This document shows, in pieces, positions 11,290-22,829 of a stretch of 64,000 bases of DNA. The position numbers and the translations under genes were made by a program. The stretch's first letter is position 1, and every line of letters begins with the position of its first letter. Source of the stretch: Macrostomum lignano (taxonomy: Eukaryota); contig NIVC01000629.1 in the NCBI GenBank assembly GCA_002269645.1, positions 310,001-374,000 on the forward strand. Reading direction: 5' to 3'. The notes under the pieces were generated by a model. That model worked only from the letters and a program-made list of their open reading frames with translations, did not search any database and was not told the origin of the DNA.

Positions 11290-13688
11290 TATAATATAGA
11301 TTATTGATGTTCATTATGGAACCGACCCGAGCAACCAACTAAAACGCAAGACGCTACCTACGACTGCTGATGAGTAATAACAATTTTACAACTAAATTTT
11401 GTGCTATATTCCAGTTGTCTGAATCTGTTTTCAATTCTATATAGCTGAAATGAATTCTTTTAATATTTTAATTGTTGATCAATGTTGGTTATTGTAGGGG
11501 AAGAAATACTTTTATATGAATCTTTGTTTGGCTAGTCAAACGTTAGTCAGGCAAAACTGCAGGCTCTTCAGTGGATGTTCATTTTTTCTTTGGAACCTTT
11601 GGCAGGACAGATCGAGCGCCGAACTCTGGCTGTCTTTTTTGCCGAGCTGTTTTGTCAACAGCTTTCTTCAGTGCTCACTCAACTGTAGTATGCTCAATCT
11701 CCTTTTGCCAAGCTTCAAAACTGGAGGCTTGCACAGCCTCACACTATATTGATGACATTCATGACATTTAAATTGAGCACAAAATGAAACACAGTACTTG
11801 AAAAAAAGTTGGAAGGACTAGTGTCCACTAAAAATTGCAGGAAATGAGTAAAATAGACGAACTTATTGCTGAGCGATTAAAAATCACTGAGCGATAAAAA
11901 ATTGCAGTGGTGGCAACTAATGTAGATAAAATTGGAATTATCAACATGGCCTATAGACTTAAATGGTAGCAGCTATTTCAATAAGCTGCCAGGGGATAAG
12001 CTAGAAATTATTGACATGGATCCATGTGGATAAAATTGGAACTAGGCCTATTGACATGGGACTATGGGGATAAGCACTTTCTTATACATTGGCCAAGAAA
12101 AAGCTTGAATTCTTGAACTGAACAATTAAATTACTAGGCCCCTAAATTGAATGCCTAATAAAAGCATTATAAAATCTCATTTTTCAAATATTTGACCTAC
12201 TAAATTCTTTATCAAAAAGTTCTTTATGATTGCCAAAGAATTATAATTTTTCAAAGTTAATTTAAAATAGGCCTAGCTAGATAATTTTCAGAAAATCAAA
12301 GACATAGATAGTGACAAACAGCACAAAATTAAATATATAGATCTGCTCAAATTCTACTAAAAAATATGTAAAAAATTTGAGAGATTTTGAGTCTTTTTAC
12401 TAACTATAGTATTAGTATTATTATATAAATAGATACCACCAATAGACCATTTTTAGTAATACCAATAGTTTCATTTTTAGCTTTTACCTTGAAACTTTAT
12501 CAAAAGAACAATAAATATATTTTTTTATTGAATGGGTTAGGTTTTATTTCCATAGAATTAAATATACTAATGAAACATCAACATGAAAGCAATAGGCCTA
12601 ATCACTCAAAATAGGGGGGCCTAGTGATGTTTTGGATTGGGTGCCAACCCCAATGCAATACATTGCATATGCTGATATGCATATAATCTATAATGTTATA
12701 CACACAATTCTTTGTTTAATATTTTTGGTCTACAAAAGGGAACTGGTTACTTCGGTGACAAGAGTATGGTGCGTACATTGTTTAAAGAACTAACTTATAA
12801 AGTCCGATCGACCGAATTCGAAATCTCGATTGAAAATGAAACGCAATTCAATTTTGCGCCAAAAGAGGCATTGTTAAACGATTATTAAGCACTCAAAGGC
12901 CAAAAGGCATACAATGCTTCAGTTTCCATAACCACGTAGTGCCACCCGTTGAAGGTGCCGCCGGCGTCTGGATGACGACCGAATGCTTAAGAGACTAGCT
13001 GCATTATGATTACCTAGCAGTTGAGGATTGCCATACAACTCGACAAGCTTGAGACGTAAGGCTCGATCCAGTCCGGAGGGGCTGGGGACTTGATTTTTGT
13101 TTGAGGAGAAGGTACGAAATGAAAAGTAAGCTTAATGTTCTTGAATTTCATTTGCCTGCGTTGCTCCTCCGTTCCGGTGCAGCAAAAATTGTCAGAAAGA
13201 GACTTCCCTTTAATTATAACATGTAGTTCGACGCCATCGACGGGCGGAAAATGGCTTGCATTGGTACATGCATGTACTGTACATGTATTCCAACTGATTT
13301 ATTAGTAGAAAATCCAAACAAATTAAGTTACCAAAGAAAAATTGTAAGTCAAATTTCTATGAAAACAAGAATATAGTAAGTGTTGTGTATGCGGCTTGCA
13401 CGCCGCCTAGAGTTCTTCTTGCGTTCTGATTGGCTGGGGTTTGTCTGTCTGCCCAGACCGGCCTAGGCCGGGTGGGGGGTTTGATGTTTGCTGAATCATG
13501 CTGGTTAGTAGTTTAACTATAATATAAGTAAGTGCGCACCGACCTTCCAAGCCTTTGTGACTTTTTCTACCCTACAATCGCTTCTCGCATCAATTATTCA
13601 TTTGGCCACGCTGCCTCAATGTACAACAGTAAGTGCGAGCGTATATTACATTTTCTGTCACAACTGTCATGCAATGATGGACTTGACT

Positions 13689-13867
13689 CAGTAGCGGATT
13701 TAGAGGGGGGTGGGCGCACAGGGCGCGCCCCGTTGAGTTTGATTTTTTTGATTTTTTATATGGAAAATACACATTATCATGTACATATACTTGTACATGA
13801 TATGAATATATATGTAGCTTAGTAGTCTGCGCCCCCCCCCGTTCAAAATTTTCTGGATCCGCTACTG
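13689..13867. mobile_element. hAT-type MITE (179 bp), 8-bp TSD ACTTGACT
   Basis: TIR CAGTAGCGGAT ... ATCCGCTACTG; TSD at 13681-13688 and 13868-13875. Confidence 0.9.
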
Positions 13868-14310
13868 ACTTGACTCTGGATGTATACATGTACATGCTTA
13901 CATCTTGTTGTTGTTTATCATCCAATCAAGGACGACAACTTGATGCAACTTAATTGATGCCATCATTGACTATATTTACATGTAACTGCCACTGTAATGG
14001 GCCAAGGACCACTTTAGCATATAACAGCGTATCTTTTATCTCCACGGTGTATTTTTTCCAGGAAATTGGCCTCCAAAAATTACACGATCTTTGACTTTTA
14101 TCTTACATCCTGTTATACTACTTTTAAATTGAACGGTATTATACACACAATATGTTTTCAATAATTTTTTTATCAAAGACATGCAATAATCAACTCAAGA
14201 ACTACTAGCAGTATCGCTGATAGCAGCACATATAGATTGCTGCGATGGTGATATGGATTTTAACTATGAACTATTACGCATGCGATTGAACTATCTATGG
14301 TCATAATTCT

Positions 14311-14683
14311 GCTTCTTCATATTCGGGTCACGGACATTGTAGCTAGACGTAGCTAATAGGACCGGGTGCCTAGCACCATGCAGCCGGGGCGCTGACTCCG
14401 CGCGGGCGGACAGTAGACGACGGAATCCAATTTGCGGCCTGCGGCGGGTGGCCAGAGAGCGTGGGGACCCGAGTCCCGGTGCGCAGGGCTCCTCCGCAGA
14501 CCGACTTACGCTGTAAAAACCGCCATCCACCGCCAACCCAGCAGTAGGGGACAACTCTCCCAGGCGGCATTACCCGGAGGTGAGACCAATTCGTCACCCC
14601 GTCGGTGACAGGGACGCACGAAGCTCCTGCCACATTGGTGGGGTATCCAGGGGCGCGACGTGGACGCTGGTCTCATGCCACCC
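14311..14683 (-). mobile_element. 373-bp non-autonomous non-LTR retroposon (SIDE/SINE-like, possibly RTE-dependent), 14-bp TSD
   Basis: ATGGTCATAATTCT at 14297-14310 and 14684-14697; GC-rich insert in AT-rich flank; minus-strand 3' end GAAGAAGC; 5' end is a ribozyme fold. Confidence 0.85.
14582..14683 (-). ncRNA. HDV-like (CPEB3-type) self-cleaving ribozyme
   Basis: Minus strand: P1 GGGUGGC / GCCCCU (14654-14649, one bulge, G1.U wobble); P2 GAGACCA / UGGUCUC; P3 GCG / CGC; L3 UCCACGU; P1.1 CC / GG; branched P4; J4/2 CGAAU with catalytic C at 14593. Folded by eye only. Confidence 0.82.
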
Positions 14684-14746
14684 ATGGTCATAATTCTCGA
14701 AGACCCAGCAGTTACTAAAGAGCTGGGAGCACGAGGGAAAATGGAA

Positions 14747-14990
14747 TCCATATACTAAAAATGAAAATCTTGTTTGTTTGTTTGTACGAAATCAATTATC
14801 TCCCAAAAGGCTCAACCGATTTTGTTCGAATTTGCACTGTTTGTTCGAGCGGAGCGAGACAAGGGCTCCTACGATAACGAATTATTTCCGCTCCTTTTTG
14901 TTAACACAAATATACGATCAGACGGAACGAACTGTCTTACCAATATACATCACGTGGTCCTTGAATCAATAAAGAGATAATTAGCGTAAA
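14747..14990 (+). mobile_element. Helitron-like non-autonomous element, 5' portion
   Basis: A|TCCATATACTAAAAATGAAA followed by (TGTT)n and ATCTCCCAAAAGGCTCAACCGATTTTG resembles invertebrate non-autonomous Helitron 5' ends as recalled; no 3' hairpin/CTAG identified. Confidence 0.5.
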
Positions 14991-15244
14991 ACAATTTTGG
15001 TTGTTCACATTGCATTGTTCCTCATTATAATTGGAATTTTTTAGAATTGGCACGGGACCCATGAGAATGATGCCACTAAATTATGCAAAATGAGCATGCA
15101 ATGCACATGTACATTACATGTCAATGACTACGCTCGTACTTAGAAAGAACGATGGAATACATGTAAGTCCTCCTTAGTACATGTACATATATGAAGGTGA
15201 TAGAAAAGCTTCGTACATGTCACGACTTAGTGTGACTGCGGGCC

Positions 15245-15525
15245 AGAGGAGGGGAGAGAGGAGAAGGAATAGAGAATAGCAGAGACGAAAGATAAAAGAT
15301 AGGAAAAAAGAGGCGAGCGCGAGAAGAGAGGAGACGAGAGGTTAGAAGAAATGGGAGAGAAGAGAGGAGAGAGGTTAGATGAAATAGAAGAGGAGAAAGG
15401 AGAGAAGGGGGAGAAGAGAGGAGAGGTTAGATGAAATAGGAGAGGAGAAAAAGAGAAGGGAGAGGAGAGAGGAACGAAGAGAGGAGAGAGGTTAGAAGAG
15501 AAGAGAATGAGCGGAAGAGAGAAGA
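15245..15525. repeat. GA-rich polypurine low-complexity tract
   Basis: AGAGAGGAGAGAGGTTAGA-type degenerate units. Confidence 0.85.
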
Positions 15526-16300
15526 GAGAAGAGACACAAACCTTTAAGGGGCCGGATTGCTATTGTGAAATTTCAATGGAGCCAAAGAGAGTTTTAAAGA
15601 GAGGCTTTGCTGGGGCCTGCTGGAGTCTGCCGACCCGCGGCTTGGTGCTTCAATTAAGTGACAGCGGGGCATATCTGCAAAAAAATCAACGCGTTTAGGC
15701 ACGTTCTCTTCGCCAAGATGTAGCGGATACAAGTTGTTTGATCACGAAACTTGTAAATCAAATTTGATTCCTTTGTACATTGGTTATGCGATTTGGTGGC
15801 TCAGTTAGTGGCAGTGTAAATGAGCCTTTTGCAAAGCTTTCTGATACGGGGCTTAGGCAACATTGTGAGTATGCGTTACTGCAGCGCAACATAACATGCA
15901 TGTGCGATCTTTGCGCCTTCTATATCTAAACCAGAAAATCCTTGCGTCAAGACTTATAGAATGCATCATAGTTGGCTATTCTTGCCAGAATTTTTTTCTT
16001 TCATCTCAAAGAAGCAAAGGAAGCGGCAAGACTAACTACACGAAATAAATAGCGCCTGCTCAGCAAGCCTACAAAGTGACTGCCGTTTTGGGCCCATCTG
16101 GTTTGCAGCAGCTTTCCAGCGCTTATTTTCTGTTAAATTTGGCTGATAATTGCTTGGGGGACAGCGGACACAAAAAACACTACCGTTGCTGCTCAGAAAT
16201 ATGCTCTCCGCGGATAGAATAAGCAGTCTTTGATCGACTATTTATCCGTGCAGATTTTGTTTGATTTCTGCCATTCGCAGCTTTTTTCCAGCGAGCTATA

Positions 16301-17448
16301 ATGGGTCTACGACGTTTGCCAGCCGACGTTTGCCAGCTGACGTTTGCCTGTGGGACATTTGCCAGCCGACGTTTGCCAGCCGACGTTTGCCTGCGGGACA
16401 TTTGCCAGCCGACGTTTGCCAGCCAAAGTTTGCCTGCGGGACGTTTGCCAGCCGGACATTTGCAGGCGGCAATTTGTTTAAGGAAGTACGCCCTCTCTAG
16501 GCTTACATGTACTTGCATTTGAAAACTGTGGACACAGCACTAATCAAATTTCACCTCGCTCCCTACTACTGCTATTAAATATACAGGTTACTAACAAACT
16601 ACTGTTCAGGCTTGTTGAAGTTATTGCTCTTGTCTGCCTAAATATAAAGGTAAAAATACAAAATAGGAGTTTCCATCGTCCCGGTTGATGTCTATGTATG
16701 CCATGGAACGCCCCTTTCCATCTCAGTGGCCAAACAAGCTAAGTGTTTACAAGCTAAATGGGAAAAGACTGAGACATCCATAATGGTATTGGCTTAGTCT
16801 CGCCTATATATACTTAACTCAAAAGCCAAACTCTGCTTAACGGAGATTGGCCATGACAGCGTACACTTGACAAGCTGCATTGGAATTAATTCGCTTAATT
16901 TTGGATCTCCAAATGAACTGGGAAATATATAAGCCAGAATTATCGTTCAGCAGGTCTTTTATTTGCCCAAAACTTGACTCGCTGGAGATTCCCGTTTAAA
17001 TTTGCGTGTCTTCATTCGCAAATCAAAAATCAAACGTCTCAAACTGGGAAAAGCGATACAAAGCTGTCAGAAGTAAACTTTATAATATTTTCACATTCAA
17101 AGAAATTGTTGTTAAACTAGGATACTAGATTGATGAACTGCATAATTTGTATAGATTTTGTTTTCGAACTTCTATACATGCGAATAACCGTCAAAAAGTT
17201 GGACTGAAAAACCGGGTTTTTTTCAACCCGCTAAACTGCGAATATTTCAGTATCAACTTTTTCACTCACTGACTTAATGTTGGCTGGCAAAGGTCAGCTG
17301 GCAAACATCGGCTGGCAAACGTCGGCCGGCAAACGTCCCGCAGGCAAACGTCGGCTGGCAAACGTCCCACAGGCAAACGTCGGCTGGCAAACGTCCGGCA
17401 GGCAAACGTCGGCTGGCAAACGTCCGGCAGGCAAACGTCGCTATCCAT
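16301..17448. mobile_element. Foldback-like element: inverted arrays of 14-15-bp GACGTTTGCCAGCC subrepeats (16310-16465 and 17281-17440) around a 0.8-kb spacer
   Basis: Left array reads GACGTTTGCC, right array GGCAAACGTC; outer ends ATGG...CCAT; no clean TSD seen. Confidence 0.6.
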
Positions 17449-18063
17449 AGACATCGCTTTGAGATGTGTTTTAGCTGTATTTGCCGTGGGTTACTGCGAC
17501 TCAAATAATGGACAGTTGAATGAGTGCTTACGATCGAGCGTATAAAATACCTGTAACTACGGTTAAAAAGCTATAGTCTTTGTCATGTAATCTGTAAGTA
17601 CGGTAATGGATAAATCAGTAGTACAGTGCATGGATTATCGCTCTGTGTTGTGCTTGGTTTCATAAATTGAAAGCAATATGGGGAGTCGGAATGATCAGTC
17701 AGTTAGGTACAAATGAACCTGTTTCTTAGGATAGGTAAAATTAATTGACACCATACATGAACTGCTCATTCGTAAGAGATATTGCGATGAGGACCTATTT
17801 GAATTGATCAAAACTATTGACATCTGCGGATATGAAGACAAGCTGAACCTGTTAATAAAGGCGCTGTACATTAAAGTACACCGCTATTGGGGGCATAGCA
17901 GGCCGTCTACTCAGTGTAGCTCGGAGTTGGCCGTTCGTTCCTTATGCTTTTCTTTGTTGATATAAATAGCATTTATCTACCTTATCATGGTAGAGCGAGC
18001 CGCAGTTCCTGAACCAGCACTGCGGCTTAGAATGAAAGAGTCCAGTTACTTGCAGTAATGCAG

Positions 18064-18489
18064 TTACTTAAGTCCAAACGGCATCCTCCGTCTGATTTTC
18101 CTCTTTTTCCGTTGCTGCTTTTTATTGCCCCGCTTCTTCGACCCGCCGCCAGCTTGGTTGGCTGACGCGGTGGCGGTGGCAGCTGCTGCGTGAGCGGCTG
18201 CGGCCAACCGCCTGTGAATCTGTGAGTCCACCAGAGCGCCTGTGAAGGCCCGGCCTCGCCAGGTCACGGTGACAACCAGGGGGCAACCGCTGTCGCCACG
18301 CTGAGCATCCAGCCAGATTACGCCTTGCAGATGCACTCGGGTACCAGAAGGCCGCGGAGTCGCTTCGTCGTGGATTTCTGCCGGCTCGTCTGGTAGGCTG
18401 GAGCTGGTTGGTGTGGCGTCCTGTTGCGGATTGACGCTGTCGACACAAAGACTTCTTGACTGCTGCTGCCACTGTTCGTTTTGCACCGT
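18064..18489 (-). CDS. Short scribbler/ZNF608-like paralog, exon 2 (conserved sbb domain + basic NLS-like tail, stop at 18064)
   Basis: PSGTRVHLQGVIWLDAQ...LVVTVTWRGRAFTGALVDS matches the ZNF608/609/sbb domain; acceptor TATTTCCAG at 18490-18491, phase 0. Confidence 0.8.
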   Translation of the reverse strand, partial: TVQNEQWQQQSRSLCVDSVNPQQDATPTSSSLPDEPAEIHDEATPRPSGTRVHLQGVIWLDAQRGDSGCPLVVTVTWRGRAFTGALVDSQIHRRLAAAAHAAAATATASANQAGGGSKKRGNKKQQRKKRKIRRRMPFGLK

Positions 18490-18889
18490 CTGGAAATATT
18501 TTGGGATTTGAAAAGCCTACAGGTTATTGCAGTGCACTGAATTTGGGTCAGAACGAGCGCATCAATCTACTCATAGGACTGGGAAGATTAGATTGCTCAA
18601 GGACCACTAGAAGTAACGGTAACTTCTACCTTAGTGCGTCCAAAAAGTTCTTAGACACCCCTCCTATCTCTGCATCCGTTCAATCGATTTTTATAAAAAT
18701 TTACCCAAACCTGGGCTTATATCTAATGAGTTCAGTGCTAAAGTTTCAGCTTAATCGGGTTGACAGAGCAAAAGCAATCGATCATTTACTAAGGGTGTCT
18801 AAGAACTTTTTGGACGCACTAAGGTAGGGGTATTTGAAATTTCTACTGTTGAAGTTCTATAAACACTAGAGATTCAAAGTGGAGTATGG

Positions 18890-19080
18890 AAGTAGATACC
18901 CAGTGAGCAGTGTGTGGGCTGGAAGTAGATACCCAGTGAGCAGTGTGTGGGCGGGAAGTAGATACCCAGTGAGCAGTGTGTGGGCAGGAAGTAGATACCC
19001 GGTGAGCAGTGTGTGGGTGGGGGTCGTAGATACCCAGTGAGCAGTGTGTGGGCGGGGATTTTAGATGCCCAGTGAGCAGA
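18890..19080. repeat. Intronic minisatellite, 33-bp unit (AGTAGATACCCAGTGAGCAGTGTGTGGGCGGGA)
   Basis: About 5-6 copies in intron 18490-19160. Confidence 0.9.
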
Positions 19081-19160
19081 GGAGTAGAATTGGGACCTGT
19101 ACCCAATTCCCTAAAAGGTCCGGCATGTCGCAGTCCAGCGCGGGAGTCATAATTAATTAC

Positions 19161-19316
19161 CTCGAAAGTTTCCCCAGGACAGCCGCACTCGTCCACTCCG
19201 CGGCCACTTCCTCCGCGTCCTTCACCGCCGCTATCATCATGGCCGGCGACCTTGAACTCGTGCTGATTGTCGAAAATCGATAAAAGGGACTTTCGAATTC
19301 GTATCTTCAACGGCAT
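19161..19316 (-). CDS. Short scribbler/ZNF608-like paralog, exon 1
   Basis: MPLKIRIRK parallels LRMKIKRK of the full gene; donor GAG|GTAATT at 19160; 156 nt, joins exon 2 in frame (193 aa total). Confidence 0.7.
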
Positions 19317-19883
19317 GCCGCGGCGATTCTAGCAAATCTAGCAACGAGTCCTGGTGGGGATGGTGAGAGCTGGGGTTAGCCTGTTTAATTCCTGCCTGGC
19401 CTCTGGCTGTGACAATCCTAGAAAAGAGGGGTTTGAGAGAGCAAGACAGACAGCTACGAGCAATCATGCATAGCCCAGGATGGGGCAGAAAAGCCACGCC
19501 AAGATCGAACCAATGGCGGATGGATTTGAGAAAGAGGCCTGAACTAGCAAACATCCCTCACCCCGCTCAGGACAGAAGAGTTGAGCTGAGAACATGAAGT
19601 GTGGAAAAAATAACTGGGTGCAGGGCCAGCCAGCATCTGATGGGGAGGAGCAAAATATGCATGCAACAGAGCGCAATAGCAAATTTAAGTCAGTTACTTC
19701 TTTTCAGCCACCGCAGGAGGGACCACAGTTTGTATTTTCATTCCGATTGTTCGTCAGAATAAACACACAGGCTGCATCTTCTCCCGATAAGAAGGAAACA
19801 ATCTTGGAAACAATACTATGTTACTAACATCGAGAGCATGCTCTCTTAGTGCTTGGAAATTTATTGGCGTTGTTTGGTTAGGC

Positions 19884-19937
19884 CTATTTATAGAATTGTC
19901 TGTTTCTGGACAGTGTGACGTCAGTTTCTATTTTTAG
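19884..19937. promoter_or_regulatory. MEF2-CRE-MEF2 motif cluster about 0.6 kb upstream of the short paralog
   Basis: CTATTTATAG 19884-19893, TGACGTCA 19916-19923, CTATTTTTAG 19928-19937. Confidence 0.4.
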
Positions 19938-20432
19938 GCACCCATTTAATCAATAGACGGCAATCAATTCGTTGATAACACCACAGTGGAGCGCTTTAAC
20001 AAATTAGAGAATTCTACTTTGGGATATGCAGTTATAGAATATAAAGTCCCGAACCCGCTTAACTGATTTTTTAAAACTGAATAAATACAAAAGCCGCAAT
20101 TCCTACTTACAAGTAGCGCAGAGCAAACGTTTCGAACAGATAATATGCTTGTATTATGCCGATTATTTCAAACAATTCGCTGGCATAAATATTTTACAAG
20201 GAAATGCCTGCAGCCAGGGCTGGAGAGCTGCATCGAGAGCAATCAAGTGAATCCCTGGAGGCTTTTGTAGGCCAGCAGTGCTCGATCCACCGCATGCAGC
20301 ATTGACCCGGATTCGTAATCTTACGAGTCTCCCATATCCTCTGATGAATCGCGTCGTATTTTAGCGAATACCCGCGCGCCTGTTGCGTAACACCAGCCCA
20401 CCAAACAGCATCTCCGCAATCTCCCGGCCGCT

Positions 20433-20930
20433 CGCTCATTCATGTTCACTCAGTCACTCTTTACTCCCACCTCTTCATTCATGTTCACTCATTCAATCTT
20501 CACTCCCACCTCTTCATTCATGTTCACTCAGTCACTCTTTACTCCCGTCTCTTCATTCATGTTCACTCAGTCACTCTTCACTCCCACCTCTTCATTCATG
20601 TTCACTCAGTCACTCTTCACTCCCACCTCTTCATTCATGTTCACTCAGTCACTCTTCACTCCTACCTCTTCATTCATGTTCACTCAGTCACTCTTTACTC
20701 CCGTCTCTTCATTCATGTTCACTCAGTCACTCTTCACTCCCGTCTCTTCATTTATGTTCACTCAGTCACTCTTCACTCCTACCTCTTCATTCATGTTCAC
20801 TCAGTCACTCTTTACTCCCACCTCTTCATTCATGTTCACTCAGTCACTCTTTACTCCCGTCTCTTCATTCATGTTCACTCAGTCACTCTTTACTCCCGTC
20901 TCTTCATTCATGTTCACTCAGTCACTCTTT
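20433..20930. repeat. Minisatellite, 39-bp unit (TCATTCATGTTCACTCAGTCACTCTTYACTCCCRYCTCT)
   Basis: About 13 copies. Confidence 0.95.
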
Positions 20931-21554
20931 ACAAATTCATTCTTCCTATCCTACCAGTTTCTATCAATCACTCCATACGCGATTTCCTACGTTTCCACTT
21001 GTAGTTTGTAATCATAATTTATTTCGTCAATAAAACGCAGGCGATGTTTTGCTTCCCTGGTTTTTCGTTCTTCCTTGTATCAAGTAGGGCTTCAAGCACC
21101 GGCATGGGGTGCCTGCCGGTCTTACAGAGGCCACACAGGGCGGCCTGCAGCCATGCAATGAGGCGCTGCACTCGCTATTCGACCGGCATAGGGATCCCGG
21201 ACAGGGAAGGGGGCAAAGTGGGGAGAATCCGGGAGGGGAAGACAGACTTGGGAGGTTGGGGCGAGTATGGCGGAGGAGAGCGAAGGATTGGAGGAGCTTA
21301 TCTACCCGTTCCGCAGCAGATGCCGAGGTGCTCGGAGGGCGCTGGTTGAGGCCGCTGAAAGCAGATCGCTAGAATGTCTTTAAATGATGAAGCCGGGTTC
21401 CATCCACTCGGATTTCGATGACGAGGCCCTGCATTTGCCAGTGAGGTCAGCAACTGATTTTTCTCTCAGCGAGCATCTGAGTCGAATTTGATATCCTGAA
21501 AATGATTAGGAATCGGCGTAGTGACTGACAACTTGAGCAGAAAGAAGAGCTTGA

Positions 21555-22100
<546 letters not shown>

Positions 22101-22829
22101 GAAAAATAATGAGTGACACCCGTAATGATCACAAGAAGCCCCGTCAAAGCTCTGAGAGTGCTGCACCCATCGCGAACAAGCACCCATAAGCAGTGGCGAA
22201 TGAGTTAAATAAGCAGAAAAGAGGATAAAAGACTCTTGCGTTTTCCCGTTTCCACCCACCTCCGCTGCTCCCTATTCCCCTGAACTGATTCGCAGATCCT
22301 CTTGCATCCTCTCGGCCTATTTTTCACCGAGAGACCCGCAACAGTCTGGGGATAATCAATCTTAGTTACCGGGGCAGTCCCCGCTTCCCTGCTTTCGGAC
22401 CCTGAGCTGCCCCTCTTTTTCCCCTTGCTCCCCTCGCCCCAATCTCCCCACCATCCCCTCCGCGTCCCTCACCCCGTCAGGGCCTTCCGCTTCCTTCTCT
22501 TTTCGTTCGCGGCCTTCTCATTAATACGCATGGCCTGTCTTCAACTCCCCTCCATCCCCGGACCCCCGCTGTGCCGCGCTGCTCTGAGAGAGCCGCCAAC
22601 CCCAACCGGACCCTGCTGGAGTCGGCTTGAGAAACTTTCTCCATCCCCCCCCCCCAATTGCCGACGCTCCGTCTCTTTTATTCTGTCCGATTTTTGTATT
22701 CTTGCGTCTCTCGCCGTCTCAGTGATATCACCGCCTCTCTGTCTGCGGCTACTTTCATCTCTCTCATCTCACCGATTCTTTAATTTCTAGGCGTCTCCTT
22801 CTCTCGCGTTCTCTCCTTTTACAACTTTG

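Larger units (their letters stand above)
10403..11919. mobile_element. Non-autonomous hAT-type DNA transposon, 8-bp TSD ATGTAGAT
   Basis: TSD at 10395-10402 and 11920-11927; left TIR CAGTGTTGCCACTACAGCAA, right TIR TTGCAGTGGTGGCAACTA (imperfect); removing it restores an intact host repeat. Confidence 0.8.
9912..12080. repeat. About 100-bp dispersed repeat family, three copies (9912-10012; 10355-10402 continued at 11920-11960; 11972-12080), first copy inverted relative to the others
   Basis: Core TTCCAATTTTATCCAC...GATCCATGTCAATAATTTCTAGCTTATCCCC and its reverse complement; the middle copy is split by the hAT insertion. Confidence 0.8.
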
